Shown here: piece after piece, positions 19,567 to 31,075 of the stretch
Position numbering within the stretch: the stretch's first letter is position 1
Layout: the number at the start of each line of letters is the position of its first letter
NCBI GenBank assembly: GCA_023205875.1
Contig: CP060755.1
Coordinates: forward strand, 1,116,001-1,180,000
DNA from: Chloropicon primus
Taxonomy: Eukaryota
Direction of reading: 5' to 3'
DNA length: 64,000 bases
Notes under the pieces: model-generated
The model's input: only the letters and a program-made list of their open reading frames with translations
Told to the model about the DNA's origin: nothing
The model's database searches: none
Translations under genes and position numbers: made by a program

Positions 19567-20586
19567 TCACATCCTCGCCGCTTCCGCTTCCTCCAACTCC
19601 GCCTTTTCCTTCGCCATCGCCCTCTCCATCAGCATGTCGAGCTCCTCCACGCCCCCCTCGCACTTCTCCAGCTCGTTCTCGGCCAGGAAGAGCCCGTACG
19701 GCACGCCGCCGAACTTCTCCGAGTGGTGGATGGTGTGGGCCACGGCGATCCTCTTCAGGGAGGGGAGCTCGCCCAGCGGACCCACCGGGAACCTCTTGTG
19801 CACCAGGCCGTCGTGGATGAACATGTACATCCAGCCGAACAGGGTGATCCCCAGGCCCGTCCCCCAGCACATCGCGGGCACGAGGCCCGGGTTCAGGAAG
19901 CCGTAGATGCACAGGCTGAGGGCCGGGACGGCGTTCGCCACCGCGTAAATGTCGTTGGCCTCGAAGGGCCCCGTCCTCGGCAGGTGGTGGGACTCGTGCA
20001 GGGACCAGCCCGGCTGCCAGTCGTGCCACACGTACTTGTGGGCGTACCTGGCGTAGAACTCCATCCCCACGCACGCGCCGACGGTGCAGGACAGCGTCCC
20101 GTAAAAGTCCACCAGGGAGATCCCGTCCTCCCCCATGTCGGTGAAGAAGAACCTGACCAGGGTCGCCCCCGAGGCGAGGCCGAACATCAGGAGGGAGGAC
20201 GAGATCGCCAGGAAGCGGTAGGTCCGCGCCTCCCTCTCCTTCTCCTGCTTCCTCAGCTTGGGGTCCTTCCTGTTTTTTCGCTTCTCCTTGGAGAGGCGAG
20301 AGTTCGAGGGCCTCGAGGTCGGCTGCAGCTTGTAGACCCTGGAGGACGACGAGGACTCCACTTGGTCCACGCCAGCTCGTCGGACCGCGGCCCTCCCCCT
20401 CGAGGCAACAGCACCGTCGTCGCTGACCCCCACCGCCGCCGTCGTCGCCGTCGAACCCCTCACCCTGTCCGCCTGCGCCCTCGCCGCAAGAACCCGCGGG
20501 CGACCTGTCGCCCCAACCCTGCGGTGCGGGGCCCTCGCGACCCCGCACTCCAAACCCCTGACAACCCCCTTGGCCCTCAGCACCAT
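19567..20586 (-). CDS. BCH: Beta-carotene 3-hydroxylase (non-heme di-iron, CrtZ/BCH)
   Basis: VGMEFYARYAHKYVWH, HESHH, GPFEANDIYA, HDGLVHKRFPVGP, HTIHH, GVPYGLFL; transit peptide. Confidence 0.95.
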   Translation of the reverse strand: MVLRAKGVVRGLECGVARAPHRRVGATGRPRVLAARAQADRVRGSTATTAAVGVSDDGAVASRGRAAVRRAGVDQVESSSSSRVYKLQPTSRPSNSRLSKEKRKNRKDPKLRKQEKEREARTYRFLAISSSLLMFGLASGATLVRFFFTDMGEDGISLVDFYGTLSCTVGACVGMEFYARYAHKYVWHDWQPGWSLHESHHLPRTGPFEANDIYAVANAVPALSLCIYGFLNPGLVPAMCWGTGLGITLFGWMYMFIHDGLVHKRFPVGPLGELPSLKRIAVAHTIHHSEKFGGVPYGLFLAENELEKCEGGVEELDMLMERAMAKEKAELEEAEAARM

Positions 20587-21453
20587 CTCGCCAGCCTATT
20601 CAGAAGACCCAGCCCTCTGCCCAACGCTATCCTACCCAAGCGAAGAAGAAGAGAGAGACCACTGGAATGGAATCCCCCTATCGAGACTCTCCTCTCCTCG
20701 ATATCCTCCGTCTCGGTCCAAGACGCCCGTCGTCTCGCCACCTCACCCAAGAACCCAAACGCGTCGTCCGACCCCGCTTCCCGCGTCTCCCCCTCCGCTC
20801 CCGTTCGCGTCGCGGTGTCGAGTGACTTCAAGTGAGTGAGAGTGAGAGCCCTCCGCTCCGCTCGGCGTCCGTCCCGTCCGTCCAGATGTGGCCACGAACG
20901 AGATCTCGCGTTTGCTACCGGATTCGTCGACAGCCGTCCAATCGCCACACAAAGAAAAGCCGAGAACATTTCCACCCTCCCGTGGGGGGGCCAAAGGATA
21001 AAGGATAAGAAGCCTTCGCACTTTTCGGGAACCGAGGCGGGCGACACCGAGGTTGGTGAACGCCTTGTTCGTCTTTGGCTTGGCACAGGAGGGACCTTCG
21101 CGCGACGTTCCTCGCACCGGCAGTCGTTTCGTTTCTCAGAGAGAGAGAGAGAAAGAGAGAGAAAACGGACGACGATTGACCCCGACGATTGCACGGCACA
21201 CCGACCTGGGCTTGGCTTGGAGGAGTTGGAGTTGTGTGTCGTCGTCCCCCCTGGCCTGGCTGTGCAGACGCATTGTCCTCGTTGTTTGTGGGGCGGGGTT
21301 GCTCGCTCGGGCCAGACCCTTCGCCGCATTGCTTTTTCGTTGCGGCGTTGCTGGGATTGATTCTCTCGTTTGCTTCCCTTCCCGTGCGTGAAGCATCATC
21401 ACCACCACCACCACCACCACCAAGAACGACACCAAGAACGACACCAACGTGAC

Positions 21454-23394
21454 ATGGCAGCAGCGCGCGGAGCGAGGTCGACGGCATCCTCCCACGCCGC
21501 CGCCTCGCCGTCCTCGTCGCGGGGCAGCTCCCGGCGGCAGCACCACCACCGACGCGCGAGAGGGGGGGATGGGGTCCTTTTTTCGTCAACCCCTCGGTTC
21601 GCGAACGGGGCTGAGCCTCGCCGGCAGCACGCCGGACGCCAGTCGTGCCCTCGCCGCCGCCGTGGACCCCCGGAGGCCCTCCCCCCGGAGGCCCTCGACC
21701 TGAACCTGAGCCTGCCGTCCCTCGGGCAGGTGGAGGCCGGCGCCGCGGCCCTCCCGCTGGCCGGCCTGGCCGTCCTCACGTTCACCGGGGCCTTCAAGAA
21801 GTCCAAGAACCTGTCGGACATCTTCGCCCGCCTGCTGACGATCGTGAGCCAGGGGTACTTCCAGCCCAACGTGGGCGGGGACACCATCCCTGAGGCCGAG
21901 GGGGAGGCCTCCGACCTCGTGGGCGACGAGCCGCTCTTCAAGGCCCTGTACAACATGTTCCTGGACAGCGGCGGGGTCTTCCGCCTGAGCTTCGGGCCCA
22001 AGTGCTTCCTCGTCGTCTCGGACCCCGTCGTGGTCAGGCACATCCTCAAGGACAACGCCTTCAACTTCGACAAGGGCGTCCTGGCGGAGATCCTCAAGCC
22101 GATCATGGGGAAGGGCCTCATCCCCGCGGACATCGAGACCTGGAAGGTTCGCAGGAAGGCCGTGATCCCGGGGTTCCACAAGGCCTACCTGGACTGCATG
22201 GTGGACCTTTTCGGCAGGTGCACGGAGAGGACGGTGGAGAAGATTGACAGGGTCTGCAAGGGCGACGGGGACAAGACGCTGGACATGGAGACCGAGTTCC
22301 TGAACGTGGCCCTGGACATCATCGGGCTGGGGATCTTCAACTACGACTTTGGGTCCGTGAACACCGAGTCCCCGGTCATCAAGTCCGTCTACGGCGTCCT
22401 GAAGGAGGCCGAGCACAGGTCGACCACCTACATCCCCTACTGGAACCTCCCCTTCGCGGACGTCGTGGTCCCGAGGCAGAGGCAGTTCAAGGCCGACATC
22501 ACGATCATAAACGACGTGCTGGACGACCTCATCAAGCTGGCCCAGGAGACCCAGCAGGAGGAGGACATGGAGGCCCTGCAGAACAGGGACTACAAGAACG
22601 TCAAGGACCCTAGCCTCCTCAGGTTTCTCGTCGACATGAGGGGCGAGGACTCCTCGGCCAAGCAGCTCAGGGACGACCTGATGACCATGCTGATCGCGGG
22701 CCACGAGACGACGGGGGCCGTGCTGACGTGGGCGTTGCACTGCCTGGTCGAGAACCCGGAGGAGCTGGAGAAGACGGTGAGCGAGATAGACAGGGTCCTC
22801 GGGGACAGGACCCCGACCTTTGAGGACATCAGGGAGATGAAGCAGGTGAGGATGGTGATCGCGGAGAGCCTGCGGCTGTACCCTCAGCCCCCGATCCTCA
22901 TCCGCAGGGCTCTCGCGAAGGACACGCTGCCCGGAGGAATCGGCGGCGACCCCAACGGTTACGAGATCGGCAAGGGGACGGACCTCTTCATTTCGGTGTG
23001 GAACTTGCACAGGTCGCCCCACATTTGGAAGGACCCCGACGCGTTCAAGCCGGGAAGGTTCGACGAGGCGATCCCCGCGCAGGGGCCTTGGGAGGGGTAC
23101 GACGGCAAGAACTTCGCCGGCCTGTACCCGAACGAGTCTGCCTACAACTTTGCGTACGTCCCCTTCGGGGGCGGGCCCCGAAAGTGCCTCGGGGATCAAT
23201 TCGCCCTCATGGAGGCGGTCATCGCCCTCGCGATGATGCTGAGGAGGTTCAACTTCAAGGTGAAGGAGGGCCACGTGCCTGGGATGGCCACGGGGGCCAC
23301 CATCCACACGGCGAAGGGGCTCCTGATGGACATCAGTCGAAGGGACACGAGCCCATCGGAGAGCGAGGAGCTGGAGGAAATGGTGGCAAAGTGA
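21454..23394 (+). CDS. CYP97B: Cytochrome P450 CYP97B-type carotenoid hydroxylase
   Basis: DKGVLAEILKPIMGKGLIPAD, DPSLLRFLVDMRG, MLIAGHETT, ESLRLYPQPP, heme motif FGGGPRKCLGD. Confidence 0.92.
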   Translation: MAAARGARSTASSHAAASPSSSRGSSRRQHHHRRARGGDGVLFSSTPRFANGAEPRRQHAGRQSCPRRRRGPPEALPPEALDLNLSLPSLGQVEAGAAALPLAGLAVLTFTGAFKKSKNLSDIFARLLTIVSQGYFQPNVGGDTIPEAEGEASDLVGDEPLFKALYNMFLDSGGVFRLSFGPKCFLVVSDPVVVRHILKDNAFNFDKGVLAEILKPIMGKGLIPADIETWKVRRKAVIPGFHKAYLDCMVDLFGRCTERTVEKIDRVCKGDGDKTLDMETEFLNVALDIIGLGIFNYDFGSVNTESPVIKSVYGVLKEAEHRSTTYIPYWNLPFADVVVPRQRQFKADITIINDVLDDLIKLAQETQQEEDMEALQNRDYKNVKDPSLLRFLVDMRGEDSSAKQLRDDLMTMLIAGHETTGAVLTWALHCLVENPEELEKTVSEIDRVLGDRTPTFEDIREMKQVRMVIAESLRLYPQPPILIRRALAKDTLPGGIGGDPNGYEIGKGTDLFISVWNLHRSPHIWKDPDAFKPGRFDEAIPAQGPWEGYDGKNFAGLYPNESAYNFAYVPFGGGPRKCLGDQFALMEAVIALAMMLRRFNFKVKEGHVPGMATGATIHTAKGLLMDISRRDTSPSESEELEEMVAK

Positions 23395-23472
23395 GCCCAG
23401 CGGCGCGAGCGAGCTGAGGAGAACCAATTTTTTTGTATTCAAGATAAATATACACAGCGAGGTCAAGCGATC

Positions 23473-25503
23473 TCAAGCGACGTGCTGGAGCTCCAGCTGA
23501 AGCTTGCTGAGGAGGAACTCCCACTCCCACCCCCCCATCCCCCCGTTCGAACTGCTGAACGGGTCCAGAAGATCCTCTCCGACATCTTCCGCTCCGTCCC
23601 CCCCTTCCCCCCCTTCGCTCCTCTCGTCCTCGGCGCGGTCCCCCTCGCCTTCTTCCCTCTGGGCACCAATCTCCAAGGCGCTCATGTTGCTGACGACCTC
23701 ATCCAACGTCTCCACGGCCAGAACGCTCTGGAAGAAGGCCTGGCATTTCTCTCCAGCGGTGCAGGGCGTGGTGGCCTCGGACCCCAGCGCCCCTTCCGCC
23801 TCCGTCGTTGTCTCGAACCTCACGATGAATGCCTTGGAACACCCATCGTAAAGGCGGACGCCGAGCGTGTCCACCAGGAAGATCAGATCGGGGGAGCAGA
23901 TCCTGAGAACGAAGAAGTGGTCGTTCCAAGCTACGATGTAGATGTTGTCGTGCGTCTCCGAGGTGGAGTTCATGGCCTGCTCCAGGATTCCATCGAAAGT
24001 CAAAAAGCCTTCCATGGACTCTCTCAAGCTTTGGGACGTGTAAGCCTCGTTGGGCGTCAGAAAGCCAACGAAGGACTTTGAGGTGTCGAAGACAATGGGC
24101 TCGCCCTTCTCCTCCACCCACGTGCTCGCTGCGGTTTCGAGATCCAGGTGCATGTCAGGGAACCTCTCGTTGACGTCATTCTGGCCGCTCTCAAAGATCT
24201 GCCGCCACACCTTGCTTCCTTCCCTTATCAGGTGGTCGAGCTCCCCCTCCTTGTCCGGGACAGGGGACCTGCCGTTTTTCATCCAGGATGCTATTGCCAC
24301 GGCCAAGGTCGAGCAAGCGGCGTGGCCATCGACGCCTTCCGAGCATTGGTCAATGTTCGCGAAGCAGATGTCGACGACAAGGTCGTTGATCTTAACGTGC
24401 TCCCACAGTCCATCCAACTTTTTGATGGTCTTGATTGGATTGTGCCCCTCCTGGAACTCTCGCACCATCTGGATCGCCGCAAGCTGCCCCGGGCTGTTGA
24501 TAGGCATCATGTCGGGGTTGCTCTTCGTCCTTTTCCTGACAGGTATGTTTTGGGCCTTTGTGTCCGTGGCCTCGACGCCCCTGTGCTGCTCGGGCGACGA
24601 ATCCAGCTCCCTGGCGCGATTCATTTCTGAAGAGTTGCTGCTGTTGTCCTGTTGCAGCCTCGCGAACAGAGACCTGCTCGGCTTTCTCTTGTGCCCCTTG
24701 TCGCCGTTCTGGCCCGAGGCCTTCTCGGGCTCGCTCCCCTGCGGGGCCTCCCTCTCCGTTTCCTCCACCCCCACCTCCTCCTGCTGCTGCTGCTGAGGAT
24801 TTTCGGGGTCCGAAGGCGCATCCCCCCCCTCCGAGTCGCTCTCCCGACCCTTCCCCAGGCCATACGAGCTCGTGAGGCTCGACAGCAGCTGCTTGGTCTT
24901 GGTCCAGCCAAAGTAATTCGACAGCTCCCCCGAGCGACTTTGTGGGTTCTGGCATTCCGTGGAGTTCTCCACCACGAGGGTGACGAACAGCTCCCCGGAC
25001 GAGAGGCCTCCCCCGATGGGAAGGACCAGCTTGTGCTCGGTCAGCCTAGACGCGTAGGACGCCATGTTCAGAATCACTTGCCCTATCTTCTGCGAGTCCA
25101 CGCAGCGCGGCTGGGACTCGAACACCGCGAGCTGGACCTCCCAAGGGTACTTTTTCAGGGGCCTCTGCAAGTTGACTCCGCTTGTTTTGAACTTGTGCTC
25201 CCACCGCACATTCCCGTCGTCGTCGTCGAAGAGGTGCGCGCTCTCCTCCTTGGCCTTCTTCCTCGTCGACGACAGGAAGGGCGCCCTGAACCTCGACGGG
25301 CTCCCAAGCCACTTGACTCTGGTCCAGTACAAGCTCTGCTCCGTGATATCTCTCGAGGGCTCCTTCTGCTTCCGCTCCAACCGCTTCAGGGAGTGCACAG
25401 TTATCGATACGTCGAAAAGGCACGAAGAGGACGTACTCGCCCCCTCCCACCCCCTCCTCTCCCCTGTGTTGTTGTTGTTGTTGTTGTCCTCCTCCATCTC
25501 CAT
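23473..25503 (-). CDS. NT-type C2 domain protein with conserved plant-type C-terminal domain
   Basis: N-term RVKWLG...VRWEHKF...PWEV...IGQVILNMASY (NT-C2-like); C-term IDQCSE..AACSTL, LIREGSKVWR, RFPDMHLDLET, YIVAWNDHFFVL, DTLGVRLYDGC. Confidence 0.75.
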   Translation of the reverse strand: MEMEEDNNNNNNTGERRGWEGASTSSSCLFDVSITVHSLKRLERKQKEPSRDITEQSLYWTRVKWLGSPSRFRAPFLSSTRKKAKEESAHLFDDDDGNVRWEHKFKTSGVNLQRPLKKYPWEVQLAVFESQPRCVDSQKIGQVILNMASYASRLTEHKLVLPIGGGLSSGELFVTLVVENSTECQNPQSRSGELSNYFGWTKTKQLLSSLTSSYGLGKGRESDSEGGDAPSDPENPQQQQQEEVGVEETEREAPQGSEPEKASGQNGDKGHKRKPSRSLFARLQQDNSSNSSEMNRARELDSSPEQHRGVEATDTKAQNIPVRKRTKSNPDMMPINSPGQLAAIQMVREFQEGHNPIKTIKKLDGLWEHVKINDLVVDICFANIDQCSEGVDGHAACSTLAVAIASWMKNGRSPVPDKEGELDHLIREGSKVWRQIFESGQNDVNERFPDMHLDLETAASTWVEEKGEPIVFDTSKSFVGFLTPNEAYTSQSLRESMEGFLTFDGILEQAMNSTSETHDNIYIVAWNDHFFVLRICSPDLIFLVDTLGVRLYDGCSKAFIVRFETTTEAEGALGSEATTPCTAGEKCQAFFQSVLAVETLDEVVSNMSALEIGAQREEGEGDRAEDERSEGGEGGDGAEDVGEDLLDPFSSSNGGMGGWEWEFLLSKLQLELQHVA

Positions 25504-25768
25504 CCTTTCTTGGGGACCAACGCACCTCCCCTCCTGTTTCTCTCTCTCTCTCGCAGAAAGAGAAAGAAGAAGCCGAAGGCAAGTCTGCAATCATCCCTTC
25601 CCACGGCGGCTGGTGGGGTTGAAGGAGTCGAAGACTTGGGGGGGGAAACGAGCGAGGAAGGCTTGGAGGAGAGGAGGACTGCGAGGAAGCAGATCGAGCG
25701 GAGAGATCGACGGGGGTTCGCTGCGATTGAGGGAGAGGTTCGGTCGTGAGACGGGAGGGAGCATCAAC

Positions 25769-27472
25769 ATGTCGGGTGGAAAGGGGTACCAGGAGAGGAA
25801 GGGGTCGTGGAAGGGAAGCGGGAAGAGGGGTCACGATGGGCAGGGGGGCAAGGAGATGTCGAGAAATGCTCAGAAGAGGTTCAGGAAGGACTCGCACAAG
25901 CAGAAGCGACGGCCGAACACGTATCCTTTGATAAAGGGGCTTCTTGCTTGGTGGGAGAAGCTGCGCTCGAAGAAGACGTCCGAGAAGGAGAGGCTGGAGC
26001 TGGTCGGGATGATATTGAAGAAGAGCGAGGGGCGCCTCGCGGAGCTGGCGTCCCTGCACAGCGCCTCCAGGGTCGTGCAGTCCTGCCTGAAGTTCGGAAA
26101 TGAGGAGCACAAGCAGCAGGTCATCTCGGAGTTGAAGCCCAAGCTGCTGGACCTCGCCCAGAACCAGTACGGCCACTTCTTGGTGAAGAAGATCCTGGCG
26201 TACTCGAAGGAGGAGCTGAGCTACATGCTGAACACGTTTCGCGGCCAAATCGTGGCCCTTCTGAGGCACCCCTGCGGGTCTTCCGTCGTGGACGACTTGT
26301 ACCATATGAGCAACGCGAGGCAGAAGGAGCAGATGGCATCAGAATTTTACGGGCCGGAGGTTGCTCTCTTGGCGAACCTGGCCACGGACGAGCTCAAGCT
26401 GTCCAGCTTGCTGGAGAGAGCGTCGTCTGCCCAGAAGGCAGCGATTCTGACGCACATCTTCATGAAGCTCTCCCCGATTCTGGACAAGGGCCTCGTCGAC
26501 GCTCACGTCGTGCACTTCGTCATCAGGGAACTGCTGCAGTTCGCGGCCCCTGGAGCGATTCAGGAGGCTGCCCAGAACTTGGCGGGGCCCCACCTGCTGC
26601 ACTTGGTGCACACCAAGGAAGGCTCCGAAGCCGCGGCGAACGTCATCTGCGCCTCGGACGCGAAATCCAGGAAGAAGATTGTCAAGGCGCTCAAGGGCCA
26701 CGTTCTGAAATGCGCGGTCGAGGACTGCGGCCACATCGTGCTCCTGTCCCTGCTCGGCGTCGTGGATGACACGGTGCTGGTGGACAAAATCGTTGTCAAG
26801 GAGCTTGTTCCTGGCCTGGAAGAGCTCTGCTTGAGCAAATTCGGGAAGAGGATCCTCTTGCGGCTCCTGGCGCCCGAGCGCACCAAGTACATCCCTAAGA
26901 ACGTCCTGGAGGTACTGACGCCCAGCGAGAAGGTCGTCAAGGCGTCCAACCTGAAGCTGCCTAGCTTGGACGACAGCGACGACGAGGAGCTGGAGTTGGT
27001 GGAAGAGGACGAGGACGCAAAGGAGCAGACGGTGTGCAAGAAGCCCCTCGAGACGAAATGCAGGGAACTGCTGTTCGGGTCGTCCAAGCTGGCACTGGAG
27101 CTGATCGACGTGTGCACAGAAAAAGCAAAGGCGCTGATGTGCTCGCCACACGGCTCGGAGGTGCTGACCGAGCTCGTTCTGGTTTGCGAGAACGGAATTT
27201 CGGGCAAGAAAATTCCTGAGGACAAGGTGACGGGCTTCTTCGACAGCCTGACAGCCGCGGTGGCCTACGAGGAGGGGGACTCCGTGCTGCAGGACTTTTA
27301 TGCGACGAGGATGCTCGCTCAGATCGTTCATGCCAGCCACTCTGACGGCAAGAAGGTGTTTGCGAAGAAGTTGTGGAAGGACGTCGCGAAGGACAAGAAG
27401 CGCGCTTGGAAGGACACGCACGCCGAGAAAATTCTCAGGGCTTTTGGAAAGTACCCAAAATCCTACAAGTAA
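25769..27472 (+). CDS. PUM3: Pumilio homolog 3 / Puf6 / APUM24-like nucleolar protein
   Basis: WEKLR, HSASRVVQSCLKFG, YGHFLVKK, EFYGPE, LVHTKEGS, VVDDTVL, CPL-domain-like C-term. Confidence 0.88.
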   Translation: MSGGKGYQERKGSWKGSGKRGHDGQGGKEMSRNAQKRFRKDSHKQKRRPNTYPLIKGLLAWWEKLRSKKTSEKERLELVGMILKKSEGRLAELASLHSASRVVQSCLKFGNEEHKQQVISELKPKLLDLAQNQYGHFLVKKILAYSKEELSYMLNTFRGQIVALLRHPCGSSVVDDLYHMSNARQKEQMASEFYGPEVALLANLATDELKLSSLLERASSAQKAAILTHIFMKLSPILDKGLVDAHVVHFVIRELLQFAAPGAIQEAAQNLAGPHLLHLVHTKEGSEAAANVICASDAKSRKKIVKALKGHVLKCAVEDCGHIVLLSLLGVVDDTVLVDKIVVKELVPGLEELCLSKFGKRILLRLLAPERTKYIPKNVLEVLTPSEKVVKASNLKLPSLDDSDDEELELVEEDEDAKEQTVCKKPLETKCRELLFGSSKLALELIDVCTEKAKALMCSPHGSEVLTELVLVCENGISGKKIPEDKVTGFFDSLTAAVAYEEGDSVLQDFYATRMLAQIVHASHSDGKKVFAKKLWKDVAKDKKRAWKDTHAEKILRAFGKYPKSYK

Positions 27473-28074
27473 AGGACGAAACCGACGTCAGCAGCTCTAA
27501 TGTAATTCATGTATTTCCCAAAAAACAGAAAACCCAATCCTGGCGATCAATCGATCGTCGCGGCATTGGCGATGCGATTGATCGTCCTCCACTCCCTCCA
27601 CTCCCTCCCTCCCTCCCTCAAGAAAATCAATCACTAACTTCATAGGAAGCAATGCCCCCCACCAACGGCTACCTCTTCTTGACTCCTCCCCCCTCTTGGT
27701 CTCTTGGTCTGGTCTTCCCCCCTCTCTCTCTCCTCCTGTCCCAAAATCTTTCCCTCTCCTCTTAATGCTTAATTAATTTTGTACGATGATTTTTTTTCGG
27801 GACGAGGAAAAGATGGAGGGGGGACCGAGGGAGGAAGGGGATTGTCCGTTGAAGGGAGACCAGTTGTGAGTTGGCACAGCAACGGCAACAGAACGAGGAC
27901 AAAGGCGTTGTCCCTAGAGACGGGCAAGGCGGGAGGTTGCCACGGGAGGTGAACGGGCTTGCGAGCGGACCCGGTGTCGCGGAAGAGGAGGAAAGGAACC
28001 AAGGAACGGACGTTTACGTTCGCCAAGTTTTTTGCATTTCGCATTCCTCGACCCTCGAGTGAGAGTTGTGCGCC

Positions 28075-30799
28075 ATGGTGCAAGGTGAGGCCTTTGTCGC
28101 AGGATTGGGTGCGAGGAGAGTGGGCGAACCCAGCCCTCGAATTTCGTGCACGCGTGTCGACTGACCTTTTGACTTTTCTTCCCAATGCAGCGCACGGAGG
28201 CGTGGGCGAGAAGCTGTGGTACTACATCGAAATTGTGGAGACCGACGACGTCAACGAGGTGAGTGGCGCTCCCCCGAGCTGGCGCGGGACAATTCCCTTG
28301 CGCTGGCCGTCCCTGACCTTTCTTGCCTCCCCCCGCTGCCTTCGAAAGTCGCCTGTGAAGCGGGTCGGCCCTCTCAACTTGGGCGAGCTGAAGCAAATCT
28401 ACCAAGGAGGCAAGCTGAACGATGAGACGTACATGTGGTGCGACGGTATGGGCGAGGAGTTCAAGCAACTGAAGGACATAGCCGAGCTGCGAAGTGCGCT
28501 GATGACCGGAGAGATGTCGGACGCCCCGATTGGAATCTCGAACAACATAGACTTGCAGAGGGCGTCTTGGTACTACAAGGACAAGATGGGCGCAAAGCAA
28601 GGCCCCACGGTGTTCAACACGCTGAAGCTCATTTGGGACTTTGGGGATGACGTGGACGAGAGCACCCCGGTCTTCACGGACGGGATGGACAAGTTCTACC
28701 CGATCAGCCAAATTCCAAGCCTCTACAAGGCCCTCGCCTTTGGCCAAGTCCCCGCAAGTCCGGTGGGAGGCCTTTACCCTGAGCAGAACACCCTCGCGGA
28801 GGCAGTGGCCAAGGGAGCGAACGTGGAGCTCGAGCAGAAGAGGCAGTTGCTCGAGGCGAAGGAGGCCGAGCTGAAGGCCAGGGAGGAGAGCGTCAACCTC
28901 AAGGAGGCTGCCACGCCAGCCGACGGCAGAGACAACAGACCCTACGCTTTCACGGAGACGAGGAGGAGGACCAGGCGCACCCCGTACAGCGGGCCCCCGA
29001 GGCGCCCCGCCGCAGATCTCACCGAGAGCGAGCTAGACGACGAGAGCGATGCCCAAGTCACCAGGGTGAGCTCCATGCCCGGCTACGACTCTGTGATCTC
29101 TGACGTGGAGACCGAGAACCCCATCTTCGGACGTCTCAAGGGAAAGAGCTCTCAGTTCGTCAACGGCGAGAGGCGTGGCCTCTTCTCCACGAGGAAGGTC
29201 GGCCAGAAGCTGATTCTCTCTGGAGTGGACGCGTCCGATTCCGAGACCGTCGAGACGGTGACGAGGAGATCCACGAGGTCGAGCAAGAAGTCCTCGAGCG
29301 CCCGCAAGACGGGAATGTTCAAGCCCCTCTCGAAGAACCTGACGTGGAGCTCGTCCCACAGGTCTGGCAGGGTGGGAGGCCCGATGACGGACACGTCCCA
29401 AAACGCGCAATCGAGCATCTACAACGTTTTCCAGGAGGAGATGAGGACGCTGGAAGAGGAGTACTCCAAGTGCAGGGTGAGGCTAGAGCAAGAGTACGAG
29501 GAGCAGCACGAGGTCTTGGGGAAGAGGCTGGACGCGGAGGCCAGGAAAGTTCAGGAGCTTCAGATGCAGTCGGCCCAGCTGCAAAAGGACTACGAGCAGG
29601 GAGTGTACAAGATGCAGCGCGAGTACAAGTTGTTCCAGAAGGAGAAGAAGGTGAACCAGGAGGAAGTCAACAAGATGAAGTCCCACGTGGAAGCGATTCA
29701 GTTGAAGGCCGAGGAGGAGAGGAAGTCGATCATGGCACACGCAGAGAAGCTGGAGGGCGAGCTCCAGGGGGACAAGGAGAAGCAGGACCTGGAGTGGGAG
29801 TCCCTGAAGAAGGAGAAGAAGAGGCTCGAGGACGCCAAGAAGGCCCTCCTGGCCGAGAAGAAGCACATAGAGCACGTCGCCAAGGACGAGAGGGAGGACA
29901 CCGAGAGGGAGAGGACAAAGCTAGAGGAGGACATGAAGGCCTTCCAGGAGTACAAGGAGGAGGTGGAGAAATTTTTGGAAGTGCAGCAAAACATCATGAA
30001 GACCGAGCAGGAGGAGTTCATCAAGAGCCGCGCCTCAGAGCTGGCCAAGCTCAACGATTTGCAGGGTGCTGCCCAGAACGAGAAGAACGTCTTCGAGCAG
30101 CGCATCAAGGAGTTCGAGAAGGACCGCGCGATGCAAGAGTACGACTACACCCAGAAGGACAACTACTTGGACATCCACCACCAGAAGCTGGAGACGGACC
30201 GCAGGAATTTCGAGGAGTACAGGGCGCAGATGGAGGCAGAGCTCGAAGGGGAGAGAAAGAAGCTGTCGGAACACATCGCGACCTTGGAGGCCCGAGAACA
30301 GATGAACAGGGACCTCCTCGACACGGACAAGAGGAAGTTGCTGAGGGAGAAGGAAGCCCTCATAGCGGAGGTGCAGTCGGAGAAGGCCCGGATCGACGAG
30401 CAGAGAATAGAGCAAGCTAGGAAGACGGTGGAGATGCAGCAGCAGATCAGGAGGCTCCAGGATCAGCTCGTTGCGATCCACCCCAACGCCGGGAGGATGT
30501 ACTCGCAGCAGGAGGTTTCCGCCCCACCCACCTTGCCCGCGGCCTCCTTCACGCCCAGCGGAAGGACTTTTGTCAAGGTCTACGTCCACTCGGGCGACGA
30601 TAGCAACTACTTGGGGAACGTCGAGCTGGTGCCCACCGTCACGCTCGGAGATTTGAGGGGCAGCATTAAGGATAAATTCTCCCTTCCACCGTCTTTCAAG
30701 CTGAAGAGGAGGAAGATTCCCATCCGCCCGGCCCAGGACCACCACCTGGCCACCGACTTTCTCAAAAGCAACGACGACTTCCTTGTCGTCGACTATTGA
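28075..30799 (+). CDS. Tandem GYF_2-domain, long coiled-coil protein with C-terminal ubiquitin-like segment; exons 28075-28084, 28191-28258, 28361-30799
   Basis: Two WYY...GP...L...TY/PVW/F.DGM repeats (GYF_2-like); ~400-aa coiled coil; C-term TLGDLRGSI. Removing GT-AG introns restores WYYIEIVETDDVNE|RVGPLNLGEL. Confidence 0.7.
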
Positions 30800-31075
30800 T
30801 CATTATGAAGCTAGCTAGCTATTTAATCATTAATAGCAATGTAACCAACCAAACAATAATAAAGAGAGAGGCGAGGGAGAGAAAGGTTGGAGGGAGGCAA
30901 TCCCAACATCAAGTAAGAGTAATGATGGATGAGGAGGAGGATGTTCTGTTCTTCCACCCCCACCACCCCTTTTTCTTCTCTTCTTGGAGGAGGGGGGAAC
31001 GAAATGCGAAAGGGGTGGAGGGGTGGGAGTGTCAACATTTTTTTTAAGCGGCGACGACGGCAAGAGCGAGGCGAG

